Source: Trichosphaerium sp. ATCC 40318 (Eukaryota > Protista > Tubulinea). From it: DNA of 64,000 nucleotides. Below are positions 34,894-49,196 of the stretch, in pieces. How positions within the stretch are numbered: position 1 is the stretch's first letter; every line of letters begins with the position of its first letter. A program made the position numbers and the translations under genes. The stretch covers positions 124,001-188,000 of the forward strand of contig JALMLS010000287.1 of assembly GCA_038496445.1 (NCBI GenBank), in the 5' to 3' direction. The notes below the pieces were generated by a model. The model made no database searches and had not been told where the DNA came from. It was given only the letters and a program-made list of their open reading frames with translations.

Positions 34894-37800
34894 ATGGAGA
34901 AGAATTCTCGAGGTTACTCAGCTGCGAAAAACAAGCATCCTGGCTATTCCCAAGTGGCCCAAGAACTAAATCAACGCATTTTGCGACCACCATTGCCCAA
35001 AACACCAACTAGGACAAAAAAGCAATCTTCGCTAAACGTTACACCAGCGGAGGTATTTCTTTAGCGTTATAACCGCGTCAATTTGGATAATAACACTTGC
35101 CAGGCAATTTCAAAGTCAACATCGACGGAACTATTACATAGCTCGCTAAAGGAGCGTTATGTATCACGAAGCGTAGAAGTAAAGGACTCCACAGTTGTTG
35201 AACGTGAAAAGAATCCTTACGCGGTACGAATACTTTGTAAGCTTATCTCACGCTACTCTATAGCTTTATCACATACTCGTGACTGTCAAGCAAACATCTT
35301 GGCTGGTATATCGTTCATTCAGTCAGTTCAACGCTCTAAACGTATCGGTACGCTTGTAACCCGAACTGATCTTATTCTGAAAATGTTTCCTGAATCTTGC
35401 AATAACCTTCTCTGTAGCTGAAAGATTATCTCCCGAAAAGCTTCAAAACGAAGCTTCCAACCAAGTGTAATTCATTGCAGCCTATAAAATTGCAAAAGCA
35501 ACGCATAAAATTTCAAATTTGGCTAAAAGAATTATGTCAAGTTCAAAGCATCCAATGGGTACATACTTGGCTTGATTTTCTTGATCCAAGCAATAATGCG
35601 CCAGCTTTTATACTATCAAAAAAATCTCCAAAGAGTGGTTCGTTACAGAAAGAAGGCCTTGCTGGTATGCTCATAGATCGTTACTTTGTGCTTATGGGCG
35701 ATCAATTATTCTATTATGGAACGGAGTTGGTACGTTACAAAACAACGAACGAAGATGGCAAAAAAACAGATTTTTTTTTTCTCAAGATGACAGTTCTCTT
35801 TCCTTTTTTGCGAATTCTCGATGCTGCTAGTTTTTGTTTTGGCGCTAACTCTTTGAATGTAGTCTGCAAAACCTCGTGGTCAAATAGATTTGACTACAGC
35901 TAGTATAGAGGTTGTATGTACTGGTGAATACGCTGGTGTTGCGTTTGAAGTTATTGGTGATAAGAAGCATGTATTTATTGCAGAATCAGAGTTTGATATG
36001 CATGAATGGGTTATAGCCATAAGGACCGAACGTATGAAAGGCACAAAAGTGAATGAAGACTACTTAAACTTCCTACAGGCAAGAATCTTTGTATTCTTAT
36101 TTTTTTTTATGTTTTCAGAAAAATACTTGTTTCTCGCGTTGTGTTGTTGTAAAAACGTTCTTATTTTGTTTTTAGCAAGTAGCGAACGATGATAGACAGA
36201 CGCCATCTCAAAGAGTAGATGATAACAACCAAGATCGTCGCGCTTTCACGGACTTTGTATCATTAACAGTCCGTTACAGTGAGGCTAAGAATAATCCACA
36301 ACCAGGTTCTTTTAGAATGAACCGTTCTACGGGATCTGAAGTACCAGGTTTATGTGATACAAGGAGTACAGCAAGTTCTTTAGGCGGTCTAAGTGTCAGG
36401 CACGTGGTTTATTTCCACCAATTTTTTTTTCTGTTAAGTTTTCACTTTGGCTTTTGTGTTCGTCTGTAGCTATGAAGACTTTCTAAATATATTTTCTTTT
36501 TAGGTTTTCAAGTACCCTGTCACGTTCTCAGGCAGATTCTGAAAGAAATATTAAATATGGCAGTAATGGGAATATAAGAGCTGCAACACAGGATAAACTT
36601 CTTGAAAAACTTTTTGATCCTAACTTTCGAGGTTCGTTATCTATCTATTTGAGAAATATTTTATTGGTTAATGTACACTGGTATGTGGTATTCTAAAAAA
36701 TCGTATTTAGATCAATCGTTCATTGAAGAGTTTCTCGTAAATTATAGTGTTTATATGGAAGAACATTATTTGCTTGAACAACTTATTCTGAGGTTTTCAA
36801 GGGATATGCAATTATCTAAAGATATTCCACCAATACCAGGACAAATTTTAGAGGTTGCACCACCTACAGTCACTCATTTTACAGAAGTCCAGTCAAGGTA
36901 TTCTTATGTTTGAAAAATTGTTTCTTTTGGTATTGTTTTATGTTTTTCGCTGTCTTTTGGCTGTGCGAATTCAGTTGTTGAGATTACTACATAAATAATC
37001 TAGTAAACATGTTAATGTTTTTTGTTCGTAGGGTATTGCTTGTAATAGAAGTTTGGTTGAACGATTATTTCAATGACTTTGCTAAAGATGAAGCACTGTA
37101 TTGTAAACTTTTTGCTTTTATCTCGGAGACATTAGCAATTATTGAACATGGAAAGGAAGAAGCAAGTAGACTAACTCAGCTTATACAAGACAAGGTACAA
37201 AAAAACAACATCACCTTTATTTTCATCAATTTCGTTTTTTTGTTTGCAAACTAATTTCATTGTTAGCTTTCGCCACCACCGCCTGATATGGAGGGTCTAT
37301 TAGGTACGTTATAAATCATTACATATACATCAATTGGTTAACTGTAAGTAATAGTTGATGCACCTCAACCAGAGATACCGACGTTATTTGCGAAGGGTAA
37401 GCTAGCCTTTTTTTTTTGTTTTTGTTTTCATGTATCATTTCTTTCGTGTCACCGAAGTGCACAACTAATTGAAGGTCCTATTATTACCATAAAAAATGAC
37501 GAAATGCCTTTTTATTGTTTGTTTTACGATCAAACCTCTCACATCCCGTGGTTTTTTATTTTCAGGAAGTCAGCAGCTTCTAAGTGTCTTTTTTAGGCAC
37601 TTTTGGTCTTTTGGACGTGCCTCCAATAGAGATAGCAAGGCAGCTTACGGTACCCTCAATAATTATCTTTCATGCATACTTATCTTTTATCTCCCTTTAG
37701 CTTATGCAACATGCTCTTTTCAAAAAAATCAAAATATCCGAATTCCTCGGCCAGAAATGGTCCAAGAGCGATAAATCTGGTGCTCGTAACATCATGAATG

Positions 37801-38698
37801 TTATTTACCGTAGTACAGAGGTATTTCAATAGTATTTTTCAAGCTCTGCTAGTGCAAGAGTCAGTTCTTCTCTAAGACCTTTTTTAGGTGTCTTTGTGGG
37901 TTTCGACTTGTATTCTACAACAACAAACACCAAAGGCTCGTGGTGCATACATATCACAGTTTATAGATATTGCAAAGGTACTTGAATGCACGAGAATAAC
38001 ATGTCGTCTTAAGTTTCTTTTTTCTTTGTAAATTTCTTTTGTTTGTTGTTTTGGTTCTTCAGTTTGGTGCTTGGTTTAACTTGCTGTAGGCTTGTAAAGA
38101 CCTAAGAAATTATGATATTCTTATGGCAATTTATGCAGGTGGACTACAAACAACTGCTGTATGGCGTTTACGCAAGTCTTGGCAGTTTGTTAGTGAGAAG
38201 CGAATGAAAGTATTTAAGGAATGTGAATTTCTTTTCAATTCAGAGCCTAACTATGAATTGTATCGAAAAGAACTTATAAACGGTGGCACTCCATGTATAC
38301 CATATTTAGGTATTATCCATTTTTAAACCCAAAACAATAATTTACTTCATGGCATTGATGAAAGAAAGAATTCTTTTTGATTCTGTTTTTTTTCTTACTT
38401 TTTATATTGTATGCTAAGATTCTGTTCTGTAGGTATGTACTTGAAGGATCTTACGTTTATAAATGATAGACAAGGTAATCCAGATTGTGTGACAGAACAT
38501 AAACTCATAAACTATGCAAAACGAGCACTTGAAGCTAAAGTACTTAATAGTATAATTAAGTTTCAAAATAGCCCATATTGCTTACGAGGTGTCACACAAA
38601 TACAAGATTTCTTGTCAATTTTTAAACCCCTTACAACAGAAGAACTATATACGATGTCACTTAGAACTGAAGGTGCACGTTCACGTCAACGTCGGTGA
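34894..38698 (+). CDS. RasGEF (REM + CDC25) with PH and probable PX domain
   Basis: PH KSGSLQKEG..RYFVL..LFYY..DMHEWVIAIR; REM IRAATQDKLLEKL; CDC25 PIEIARQLT, PCIPYLGMYLKDLTFI..GNPD..LINYAKR. Confidence 0.93.
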
Positions 38699-38937
38699 TG
38701 TATATTTTTTGTTGGGGGTGTGTAATTGTAGTACTTTAGAAGTTTTATGTAAAAAAAAAGTGAATAAATATTTTAACGTTAAGGGTCCTTAAGGTAACGT
38801 CAGATCGTCAGAAACTTTCCAGTTTTTTGTGAGTGACATGGTATAGATATTTACTATGGTTGGTTTTATTTACAAATTTGCCCAATGCCTGTAAAAATCT
38901 TGGGACGCTTTTTTTTCTGGTTTCTTTTTTTTTTTTG

Positions 38938-39436
38938 TTAAGTCACTTTTAGGTTGTCTTTGACTTGATTGGTTGAAGTTTTCTTCTTGGTCTGTTCTGT
39001 ATTGATTATTCTAGAGAGTGATGTGTTGTGATCAAGTAGAGATTTGTTATATTTTTGTAGAGTTGATTGCAACTCTACCCAAGCTGTATCACGCTGTTGG
39101 CGCGTTTGTTTAAGTTCTACAGTAATTTTTTTGTTTAACTTATTGCTCCTTCTCAAAGCCGCTTTTAATTGTTCTACTTGCATTTGTAGAGTAGAACACT
39201 TTGTTTTGTAGTCTGGCTTTGTGACAGTTACACAAGTTTTGATTCCTTTCAGGTTAAGTCAGTGAATGAAACTTATTGAAAGAAATTCGCTATCGGCCAA
39301 AAGGAGGCAAAAATTTATGGGCGAACTTTTGGGTTTTCGTTTTTTTTGTTAAACCCTCCTACGTAGTACGTACTTTTTGTTGGTACTGCTATTATCGTAC
39401 TGCTTAGTTTTCTTTTGCAATGTAGCATAATGCACC
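38938..39436 (-). CDS. Small coiled-coil protein (5' end unresolved)
   Basis: Long exon KCSTLQMQVEQLKAALRRSNKLNKKITVELKQTRQQRDTAWVELQSTLQKY with heptad pattern; upstream exon candidates have splice signals. Confidence 0.4.
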
Positions 39437-40619
39437 TAAGTAGAATTTCAGTTATCACGCGCCAAAACTACAATACAACCAGTTGCAACATTGTTGAGCA
39501 CTATTTGGGCGATATTGTCCGAGCTGCTTTGAAAAAACAAGGAACTAAATAGGACGCGTATCGGTGTGAGATAACGCTCTTGAACGATGTTTTAGTACTG
39601 TTGTCGGACAATACCACTACCAAAAAGTGGCGTGATGCTGGAAGGCCAGAAACCTGGCTGTAATATTGCACAAGAACGCACCTTTATGAGAGACTTGTTG
39701 CAACTGTTGGTTAAACCAAAATATCTAGTTTTCGTTTTGGGCAAACTTTCTGTCAACATAATTTTAGTCGAAATATGGGCTAAAAGTAACCTTTCTTACA
39801 CGTAACCAAATGTTTGCCCAAAACTGAAATTTCAAGTCAGCCGAAAAACTGCGCCGTATACGATTTGTTTAGGGGAACGATAAATTTAACATCAGTAGCG
39901 CCATGAGTTAACGTGAGGGAGGACAAAAAACCGCGCCAAGTAACGTCTGTTCCCATTTGCAGTACAAAACGATCAAATAGCACTCTGATTGTTCTACCAC
40001 AATCCGTAAATACATTTGGCGCACACTTGGCCGAATATAGCGTTTAAGCGTTGAAACTAAACGATCATTACTCGTCCTGCATTTGTGAATGCTTCCGAGC
40101 ATTCATTGCACTATCTGAAACGGGCGTTAACGCTAATTTGGCTTTGTTTGCCTAAACAGACGAAAACCACTTCATACGTGAACGTTTGTGCGTCGCGAAG
40201 CTTTTTTTGAGCGTTTCACAATAATCGTGATACTAGCGAATGTAGTGTGAGCGCTAGATGCACAAAAACCAGCGTGAGAATAAGTACAGTACGTTTATAG
40301 CAAACCTGCGTACTCATATCGCCTTTATTGGAAGATATAAGTAGATGGTACACATTTTTGTTGTTGATAGTGTCTCCCAAAAAAAGGATTAAAACTACAC
40401 GTAGAGTTAGATAACAAGTAGCGGAGAAATCGGAAATGGTAACGAGATTTGTGACAAAAATAGCGATTTTTTACCGCCCTATTTGTACGCATTATATTCC
40501 CATGGCAGTGCTGGATACCCGGGAAATACGTAAAGAAATATTGATGACAAAAGGGTTGACAAAAAAGCAACTTTGGGATTGTTGTCAGTTTTTTTAGATT
40601 TTGCTTGTTGCTAAAAATG

Positions 40620-42684
40620 CGACTAACCTGTTGATTAATTTCATGATTTTTATCATGCACCCCTTTCTTTAGCAGAATACGCTTGTCTAATCAAATCATA
40701 TAACTCCTTCAATAAAGATGTATCTAAAATAGAGTATTAGAGGAAAAAATAAGGAAAAGAACAACGGTTTAAAAAGAATAACCACGTGCCAACATGTGTA
40801 TGCTTTAAAATCCGTTCAGCTGCATGCAAGTTTTCTAATGTGCTATTCGTATTCTCTAAATACCAATCTAATTTTGCTAGAGTAAAGTATTGTAATCCCA
40901 ATAATGGCCAGTTATCATCGTATACGCCTACATTCATTTTTTGTTAAAAAGCGTCAAACTTTTGTTTCAAAAACTCAAAAAGAATCACCGTTTCTCCGGC
41001 TGTCAAAATATGTACCACGTACGTTTATAAAAAGGTAAAGATTTACGGCATTCTATACTTGCTTTTTCGTATTTACCCAATGAAATGTTTACTTGCATTA
41101 GTTGATCATGTACTTCTTTTCGCAAGTAATGTGATTGGCATAATGTCTTTTCAACCAGAGGTACAACTTTTTTTGATAAAATAGTTTGAGCTTCTTCGAT
41201 ATCTATGTGTTGTTGTTAAACATTAATTATGTTACTTACAATGTAATATAAATATACAGGAAACATTTAACGTACTACCAAAGGTTTTTGCTTTTTTAGC
41301 TTCTTGTAAACCAGTCTTGATGTTTTTCATGTTTTCAATGACAACTGATTTTTCTAGCTTTTTAAAAGCAATAAGACTTTCATCTTCTGTAGCCTAAACG
41401 TATTTGTAAATTTGGCCACAAGACTAATAAAACCTACTGAACATTTACTGCAGGTACAAGCGAAGAAAAAATTTGTTTGAAGCGCGAACTGGCGCTCTCC
41501 AGTGGATTGTCCAACCTAACACTAAATTAATAAGTGTAAAAACAAAGTCAAAGTTTTACTTCAACATAGTTGATTGTTATCTCCTCTCCTTTTTTAATAG
41601 TCCTGATGGCTCTCAACATAGCTTTATTACCTTCAAACATGCACACAGTATTAGGTGAGCACCTATTGTTCTGTTGTTAAGCTTTTCGGAAAAAAAAACA
41701 AGTTGGAAATTTTAATTAACGCACGAGTGGTTGAGCATTGCCAGTGGGGGAAAAACACCAATACCTACTATACGCATTTCGGGATCAACTATATTCAAGT
41801 TGTTACAACGGAACTAATAACGTAAACACAAAGAAGCAATCAACTTTCCTTTCACTGAATAACATGACAAGTCATTTGACACATTGCACTAGAAAAAAAA
41901 ACCAGTTTACCTTGCAATACAATTCAACAATATCTTGTATACGAACTTCATCATTTGTAGGTGCAATCTTTTTCACTAGAAGAGCCATCTTTGCGAATAT
42001 ATCTAGCTGTTCAGAAGGGAAATCATCCTTGTCTTTTCAGCGTTAAAGAAAAAACAAGCAATTACTGAGCAATTTCAAAAAAAAACTACAAATAGTGGAT
42101 TTATACGTACGAGATAACAACGTTTCTAGCTGGCTCTTTTGCTATGAAGTGTCAATATTATTTAGTTTTTACGCGCATACAGTGGCAAGGAGGCTTAGTA
42201 CACGCGCCATAAGCACAATAGATGGTGTAGGCTTCTCTGGGGCTATCTATATTTGATGAGGTGTATATTCTGCACTTATCTTACCGCTGCGATGCGTTTG
42301 CACTCTGTTTTATGGCCATCATTCCAATCTGCTTTCTAAGCTTTACTGAGTTTATTTTATTGCACCTGGCGCGTACTTGACAAGTAACAGAGCAGTATCG
42401 AGCGTATTTACATCTGACGCAAACTTTTAGCTTAGCGAAAGGTTTGAAGCATTTTGAACAATAAGAACGTAGTTGATGCGAGCTGAGAACGGCGGCTAGA
42501 GCATTAGTTTTAAAAACGCAGCTACCTTTTAACAAATAAGTAATTAACAGTATGAATGAGCCTTACCAGGCTTTAGATCCTTGTTTGTGACGACTGTGCG
42601 CCCTTTTATTTCATTATCGACTAAACTGAGTGAATACGCATTGAGTTCGTCTAGGATAGATTTCGAAGCGAGTTGGGATGCCAT
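40620..42684 (-). CDS. SMYD-family SET/MYND lysine methyltransferase
   Basis: KGRTVVTNKDLKPG; MYND CSKCF..CVRCKYARYCSVTCQ; GIGVFPPLAMLNHSCSPN; IKKGEEITINY; post-SET FACTC. The 3' end is uncertain and may extend to about 40325. Confidence 0.92.
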
Positions 42685-42956
42685 AATAGACTGACACTTC
42701 GAGAATGACTGTACTTAATCTGTCAGAACTAAGGCAGTACATTCCATGTGAAATTCAACTACATTTGTACTTACAATGTTACTAGATTAAATAAAATAAG
42801 GTCAACCATCTAGCCTACAGTAACACTAAAATACTGTCAAGCAAGACCTCTTCCTTTTATATTTTTACATAAACTTTACTGTCTTTGTTGTCAAGTATTT
42901 TATTATCAATTTCAAACGTATTACTTCTATTTTTTTTTTGCGATTGATAGATAAGC

Positions 42957-45900
42957 TTACTTAAACCAAACGAATATATCTGGGTAATCATCAATATCTT
43001 CACCAGTCTTAACATCCTCGGCAGTAACCTCAACATTAAAGTAGCGTTGATTCTCCTTTAGTGTTATCTTAGCAATCTCAGGAACCAGCTCAGACAACCT
43101 TATTGCAATAAGCAACATAAAAAAAACAAAGAAAGAAAAAAAATAATCAATGCTTACTTTCTTGGTAGTCTAGCTGCACCCTTCCTGCCAAAGCATGTGT
43201 AAATCAATGCAGTACCTACACCAACCATTTGGGCATCCATTTGATATTTTTTCTAAAGCAAGTGTTAAACGTCAAACTCAATAAAAACCAAGTATTCAAA
43301 AAAATAAAAAACATACCTTGAGATAATTAAGGAACTGTTTCAAGGTTATATCACCTTGCTTGATATCAATGCGATCCCATAAGGTATAATGAGAGTCACG
43401 GAACTTGAGCTTCTCAGGAGCCAAAGGTTCAGATTGTTGGAAGACAGGTAATGCCAAATTGACAAAAGAGTTTCTGTATTGAAAGATTGTTTTATCTCCA
43501 TGGAATAACTAAAAGAACCCTTCGTTAACACATCATTTCTTATACTGAGACTTACTTTATAGAACTCTAAGCATACTAAACCAGTAACCAAAGCTGTAGT
43601 AGTAATCATAGCTGGCATGATACGACCAGCAATAAGCTTGGATTGCAATTGTGTTACCTTTTTTTAACAAAACAGTTAGAAACTAACTTGAAGCTTGGGA
43701 GGTTATAAAGTGCATGATGCACGTAAAATTATACGTACAGGTTTGATACCATAAGCAATTGCACGAAGATTAGAGGCAGCATGAATAAAATCGATGTGGA
43801 AGTTCGTGTCATCATCTTTTTCGAAATCGACTGGGTTAGTTCTGTACGTTGTTGAAGCTGGGTCAGGGAGCTCTTTCTCAATTCTAGCGATTTGTACATC
43901 ATCGTCATCTGCAGCTTCTCTATATAGAGATTAAACGACGCTATTGCAACGCAAAAATAAAGAGTGTTGTACAAACTAGCATTGTAGTACACTCAAAAAG
44001 GGTTGACTTGGTGGTTTTTGCTATCTTTCAACGTACACTACTTTTTCAGTGACACTCTCGTCAGTTTCAATCTTTACACCAACTTTTGGTTTCCATGCAG
44101 GAACAGATACAGAAGCAGCAGCCTTTGCAATACTAGCAGCTTGAGACTCAAAGTCTGAAGGCTTAAACTCAGAGGAAATGATGTTTAGCGTGTAAGCACG
44201 CAAGAAAGCTGCTGATACAACAAACTGAGCATGTATAGGATCATTAGGATCGAATTCTATTGCCTTTGGTGGTCTCTTTGAACCAGACCAGAAAGGTGCT
44301 AAGAAATTATTAAGTAAAATGAATAAACACGTGAAAATACACGTGACACGTGACAGGGCAAAAAAAGTCCAAATATGTTTGTGATGTACGTACCACCATG
44401 TGAGTCAACGTAATCCAATGGGAAATTATACAAGAGTTGTTTATGGTTCCAGTTGAATCTTTTTTGGAATTCGAGTCTAGCCCAAGCGATACAATCTTGG
44501 AACTCTAATTGACGCTCCATTAAGCAATCTTTGATGATTTTCAAGGTAGGTAACTTGAGATTTGGGCTCACAGTCTTTAACAAAAAGTCAAAATTTGGTT
44601 GGTTAAAAAAAAGGCAACTCACAGAAAGGTATCCAGGTTGCTCCAAGTAAGAGTTTGTGATGTCTGGATTCTTTACGAAGTGTCCTTCAAAGCAATCCTC
44701 CCTGCAAAAAAGTTAACTACTCACTCCTTTCCGTAAAGAGTGCAAATTTTCGAGTGGAAAAAAAAGTACCTAGCCCATTGCAAGCAATGTTCAATGTTGT
44801 TTGGGAAGGAGTGTAATAAGCAAATAGGTGTCTCCTTTGCTGGTGGATCAGTCGAAGATCCGTACGACTCTGTGAGATATGGTACAATAACTTGTACATT
44901 ACCCTTGGATCCAAGTGTACCGGAATCGACAAGTGGCTTTCTACAGGGTGAATAAGTATTTTGAAACATAAAAATAGGTTTTCTACGATTATTGCGTACC
45001 TGAAGAATACACATCGCCTGTCAATATAGAGACGAGCTTGTACGTTATCTACAGCATTGGCAACACCGTCGAGTTTCTCCCAAAACTCATCATGAAAGAC
45101 ATTTTCAGTCGAAGGTGCAACCTTTGTAGCAAGCGCTTCAATGTTCAATTCAGGGTTCATCTTCTTAACAGCAGCACAAGCTGTATTCGATTTCAATTTC
45201 TAGCACATGTATAAGCACACACAACCGATTAAAAAATAATCATTCTAAGCTTACTGTTACATCCCAACTGCGGTACAAGAACTGTCTGTTCAAGTTGGAA
45301 ATTTCAATAGTGTCCATATCAGTAACTGTTACTTTTCCTTTCGGACCTTGAGCCTTGTTAGTAACCACTACAACATAATACCAAGTATGATAGTGAACGC
45401 ACCACAACCAATACCCATCATTGCAAAGTTCTTAAGCATCTCACAACCAATTGCACCAGCACCAACTACAAAGTAGTTCAAGTTTAAGATTTTTTGGTTA
45501 TACTCATTTCCGAAAACAGCTATTTGACCGTCGTAGCGTGTGTTACGCTAGAAATATCAGTAACGGTAAATGCGTGTTTAAACATACTGGTTTAGCGTCT
45601 TCCTCAGTGATATCTTCAGTAGGGAGGCACTCGAGGTTTTCAGAGAACAAAAATTGGTTGATAGGTGTAAACTTATTTGTAGTAGCTTTGAGAACTTCTT
45701 GGGCTACAATACCACCAATAGATGCGGCCATTGGGTTCAAAGAACCTGCAGCAGTTTTTGCAAGATCCATGACAACCTTTGACAAAGACCTTTTAGTCTC
45801 ACCATCAGCCTAAACAATCACATTAGTAACCATGCGTTGCACCAAAAATAGTTGAAGGAAAAGAATACTGTATAAACCACGCACCACTGGAGATTCAGTA

Positions 45901-47520
45901 AAGTCCTTGTCAGTATAACGCTCATCTTCTGGGAGAGCTTCATTCATTTTTTTTACTCTAGCTAGAATATCTTCAGCATCGCTCTACTTCTAGTTAATAA
46001 AACGCATCACTTCCATAGTATGGTACATAGTTTTGTTGTATAAAAAAAAAACTAACCTTGTTGTGTGGAGTAGGTAAGCGACCATTTTCTTGTCTGAAAG
46101 CAAGAAGACTCTGTAAAAACATAAAGTAAAGTGTGGATCTATTGAACTTGGACCAATCTCCAATTTGAAGCTTTTCCATGGACAATTTCTTTCCCAAGAA
46201 ACTAGCCAATGAATCCTAAATAAATACATCAATATACGTACTCTTGTACTACAAGTAAAACGTACGAAAGAGGCTTCAACAGGTTTCTTTACTTGCACCA
46301 TATATCCACCTTTGGAATACTCGGAGAATGCGGATGTATCACCAATAACTAATTGTGACGGTCCTTTTACAGTAACTTTAAATTCTTTGCCGTTGATTTC
46401 TTCCATTCCTTCGACTTCTGTGATACGGATGTAATCACCATCTTCAAGATCATGTCTAACACCTTCAACAATGGTAATAATAGCCTCTTTTTCCTAAAAC
46501 GCATAGAGGTTAGAAGTAGATCATATTAGTGAACAAAACGTTGATTTTTCAATGAAAGAAAAGAGCCAAGACAGTGACGTGTACCTTTGTAATGTGAGAC
46601 AAAAATGACGTTTTTGGTCTCTCACCATCCTTGTCTTTGATTATATGGGCGTCTTTACCCATATCAACAAAAGTATAGGCAAATAAACCAAGTGTATCAG
46701 CAGTAATGAATTTAACATTGCTTTCACGACACATAGTGTTGTATTGAACCAAGCTGTCAAATGAGCTATTGTTAGTGAAGATAACAACCTGTAATATGTT
46801 AGTGGGGCATTTTGGAACAATTACAAGGGATAACAAGCGTTTAAACAATTTTGTTATAAAAGCAGAGTCTTTACTAGCAATAAAACGCTGAAAATAACAC
46901 TCTACGCACCGAGAATTTCTCTACAAACTCCTTATTAACCTCTCCGTCGAATATGTCGAGTTTTACGCGTTCGTTTAATTCACGCAATTTGAGTAGAACT
47001 GATTGCGCTCTGTTTTTGCCAACGTCTGCCTCAGACAAGTAAAACTAAACAAACGTTAATAAAACATTGTTTTTAATACGTTGAAATGTCATCATACGTT
47101 GGTGCTCAAGTCTGACATCTCTACAGGCTCGAGATCCTGAATTGTAAGCGATGATACGCCCATCAGTACAAGGTTCTTTGCTACGCCCCAAAGTTAATAT
47201 AAATATCCTAAAACGCGTTGGCTAATATCTCCGCGTACCTATTTCCATACCAAGGCCCCTTAAACCGACTAAGAAGATCCGTGAGCGTTCAAGCTGTTTT
47301 AGCGTCTCTACGCCATCCTCGCCAAGAGCGTGGAGTAGTCTGCTTGCTCTAGCCTCCCATGCCTTTTGACTTTCAACTTCCTGCAATGCCTGGTGTTAGT
47401 ATATAAATGCTCTACGCTTATGCGTACTTCTACGGACATGTTATCTATGTTGTCTGTCACTGTTTCAGTGGGGTGACTTATCTTTTGTCTTTTTTTTGGC
47501 GGCTCTTGAGGGCTTTGCAT
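42957..47520 (-). CDS. UBA1: Ubiquitin-activating enzyme E1
   Basis: [18 protein letters not shown]; RHDLEDGD; [13 protein letters not shown]; [17 protein letters not shown]; [13 protein letters not shown]; catalytic PICLLHSFP; [11 protein letters not shown]; [25 protein letters not shown]. Confidence 0.97.
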
Positions 47521-47745
47521 AAAGAGGCAGTTTCAAACCACCAGTGCTCACTTGATACTAAAGCTAAGAAATTTCAAGACCGTTCTAGGACCGTTACAGT
47601 CTTTGCTGACTGTTCAGTTTTCATTGTTGGTGTCTTTTGGTGCCTAGAGACTTCAAATACGCGCGGTTTTTTAAATCGATGATTCTGTTGGCGCTACAAG
47701 TTGTAATTGTCATTGGATGGCTCGTCAGTAGCGGCGCTGTGCGTA

Positions 47746-49033
47746 ATGAACGCGTTAGCATCGCTTACAGACTCAAATAGTTGTTATTTTATTTTGGAGC
47801 TCATTATTTTGTACGGTTTTCGTTGGGAGCGGTACTATGGTCTTTACTTCAAGGTTTAATGTACGGTCCATTCCCGCCATCAAGTTGGTAACTGAAATAG
47901 TCCAAAATCTGAAAGTACTGTGATATCGTTTATTTGGTGGGCAGGGCTTATTCCAGTATCCGCACTTTGCGCGTATTTTTGTCCAGTACCAGTAGAACTC
48001 ATTTTCTCGTGGATAATTGGCTCTATCTGGCCTGTATTGCTCATAATACAAGGGTTTTGGGCTGTCACTGCCTCTGTTACACTGTCATCCTTTTTGAAGG
48101 CTCACTACGAGGATTCGCACCCAGGCTTAGTACAAGTACGCATACGCGCTCATCTAACCTATCCTCTTGTGAAATTCCACAAAACTCAAAGAATCCAATT
48201 CTTATCTTACCTAGACAGTACTAGTCGCCATACCAGCTGTGTGCTACCCACTGGCAATTGTAGTATTTTATCTTTCTTATTGTCATCGCAATATGGACGT
48301 TACGCTGTCGAGGTACGTTGTGGGGTACACACGCTTCTAATAATGCATTAGCTATGTTGCTGTTGTGTTGACAGTTCTCCTTTTAACGCCGCTTGTTGCG
48401 TTTCAAACAGGCTCTGCACTTATTTCGGATATTGCCCTAGTTACTTTGTACATGGCATATCTCTCTAGAGCAACTGTGGTGGAAGCTGGCCCTGTAGACC
48501 CAGAGGATTTGTACGCCTTTCGAAACCAGTTTTTTATTTTCTTTCATGTCTCTGAGAGCCTCCTTTAGTACTTTCTTCTCGATACCTTTCCTGTCAGTTG
48601 ACTTTGTATTATCTACGATAATGACGCTTTTATCTATCATATCCCTACCATATTTGGTAGATTATGATGAAGACGAAGTAACATTTGGATATGTAGATAG
48701 TGAAAAGGTACAGAGTTAACACTATTTATTTTATTGTTCACTCGTTTATAACACCTTATCTAGAAAGTTTTTGGTGAAGAGAGTCGCTCACTTTGGCGTG
48801 TTCTATTTTCTGCAGGTGAGTCTAGCATTTGATAGTGTTACACTGCAGTGTTGCTGTATATTAACTTATTTTTTACAGGGAGTATCATGATTTACACACG
48901 TGCCTCATTGACTGCATCCGGCAATATGGCAACTCAGACTTTTCACTGGAGGGCCATACAATCTATAGTAACTATGGTTGTATATGGCATGTATATTACA
49001 CGTGATGCAGCAGAACATACCAAACAATACTAA
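47746..49033 (+). CDS. Multi-pass membrane protein, possibly ICE2-like ER protein
   Basis: Spliced hydrophobic exons, e.g. GSALISDIALVTLYMAYL, GSIMIYTRA and C-terminal WRAIQSIVTMVVYGMYI. The ICE2 resemblance is from memory only. Confidence 0.5.
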
Positions 49034-49196
49034 GATTAGCATTGTACCAAGAATAAAAACATGAAAAGTGCACAAAACGCAATTATTTTGGATCCATTGA
49101 AAGGCAGCAACAAACATTCGTTGGTGTCTATACCAACAGTTAAAACCATTACTTTATTGTGAAGATGTTACAACGTAAGCGAACACAAAGAACAGT

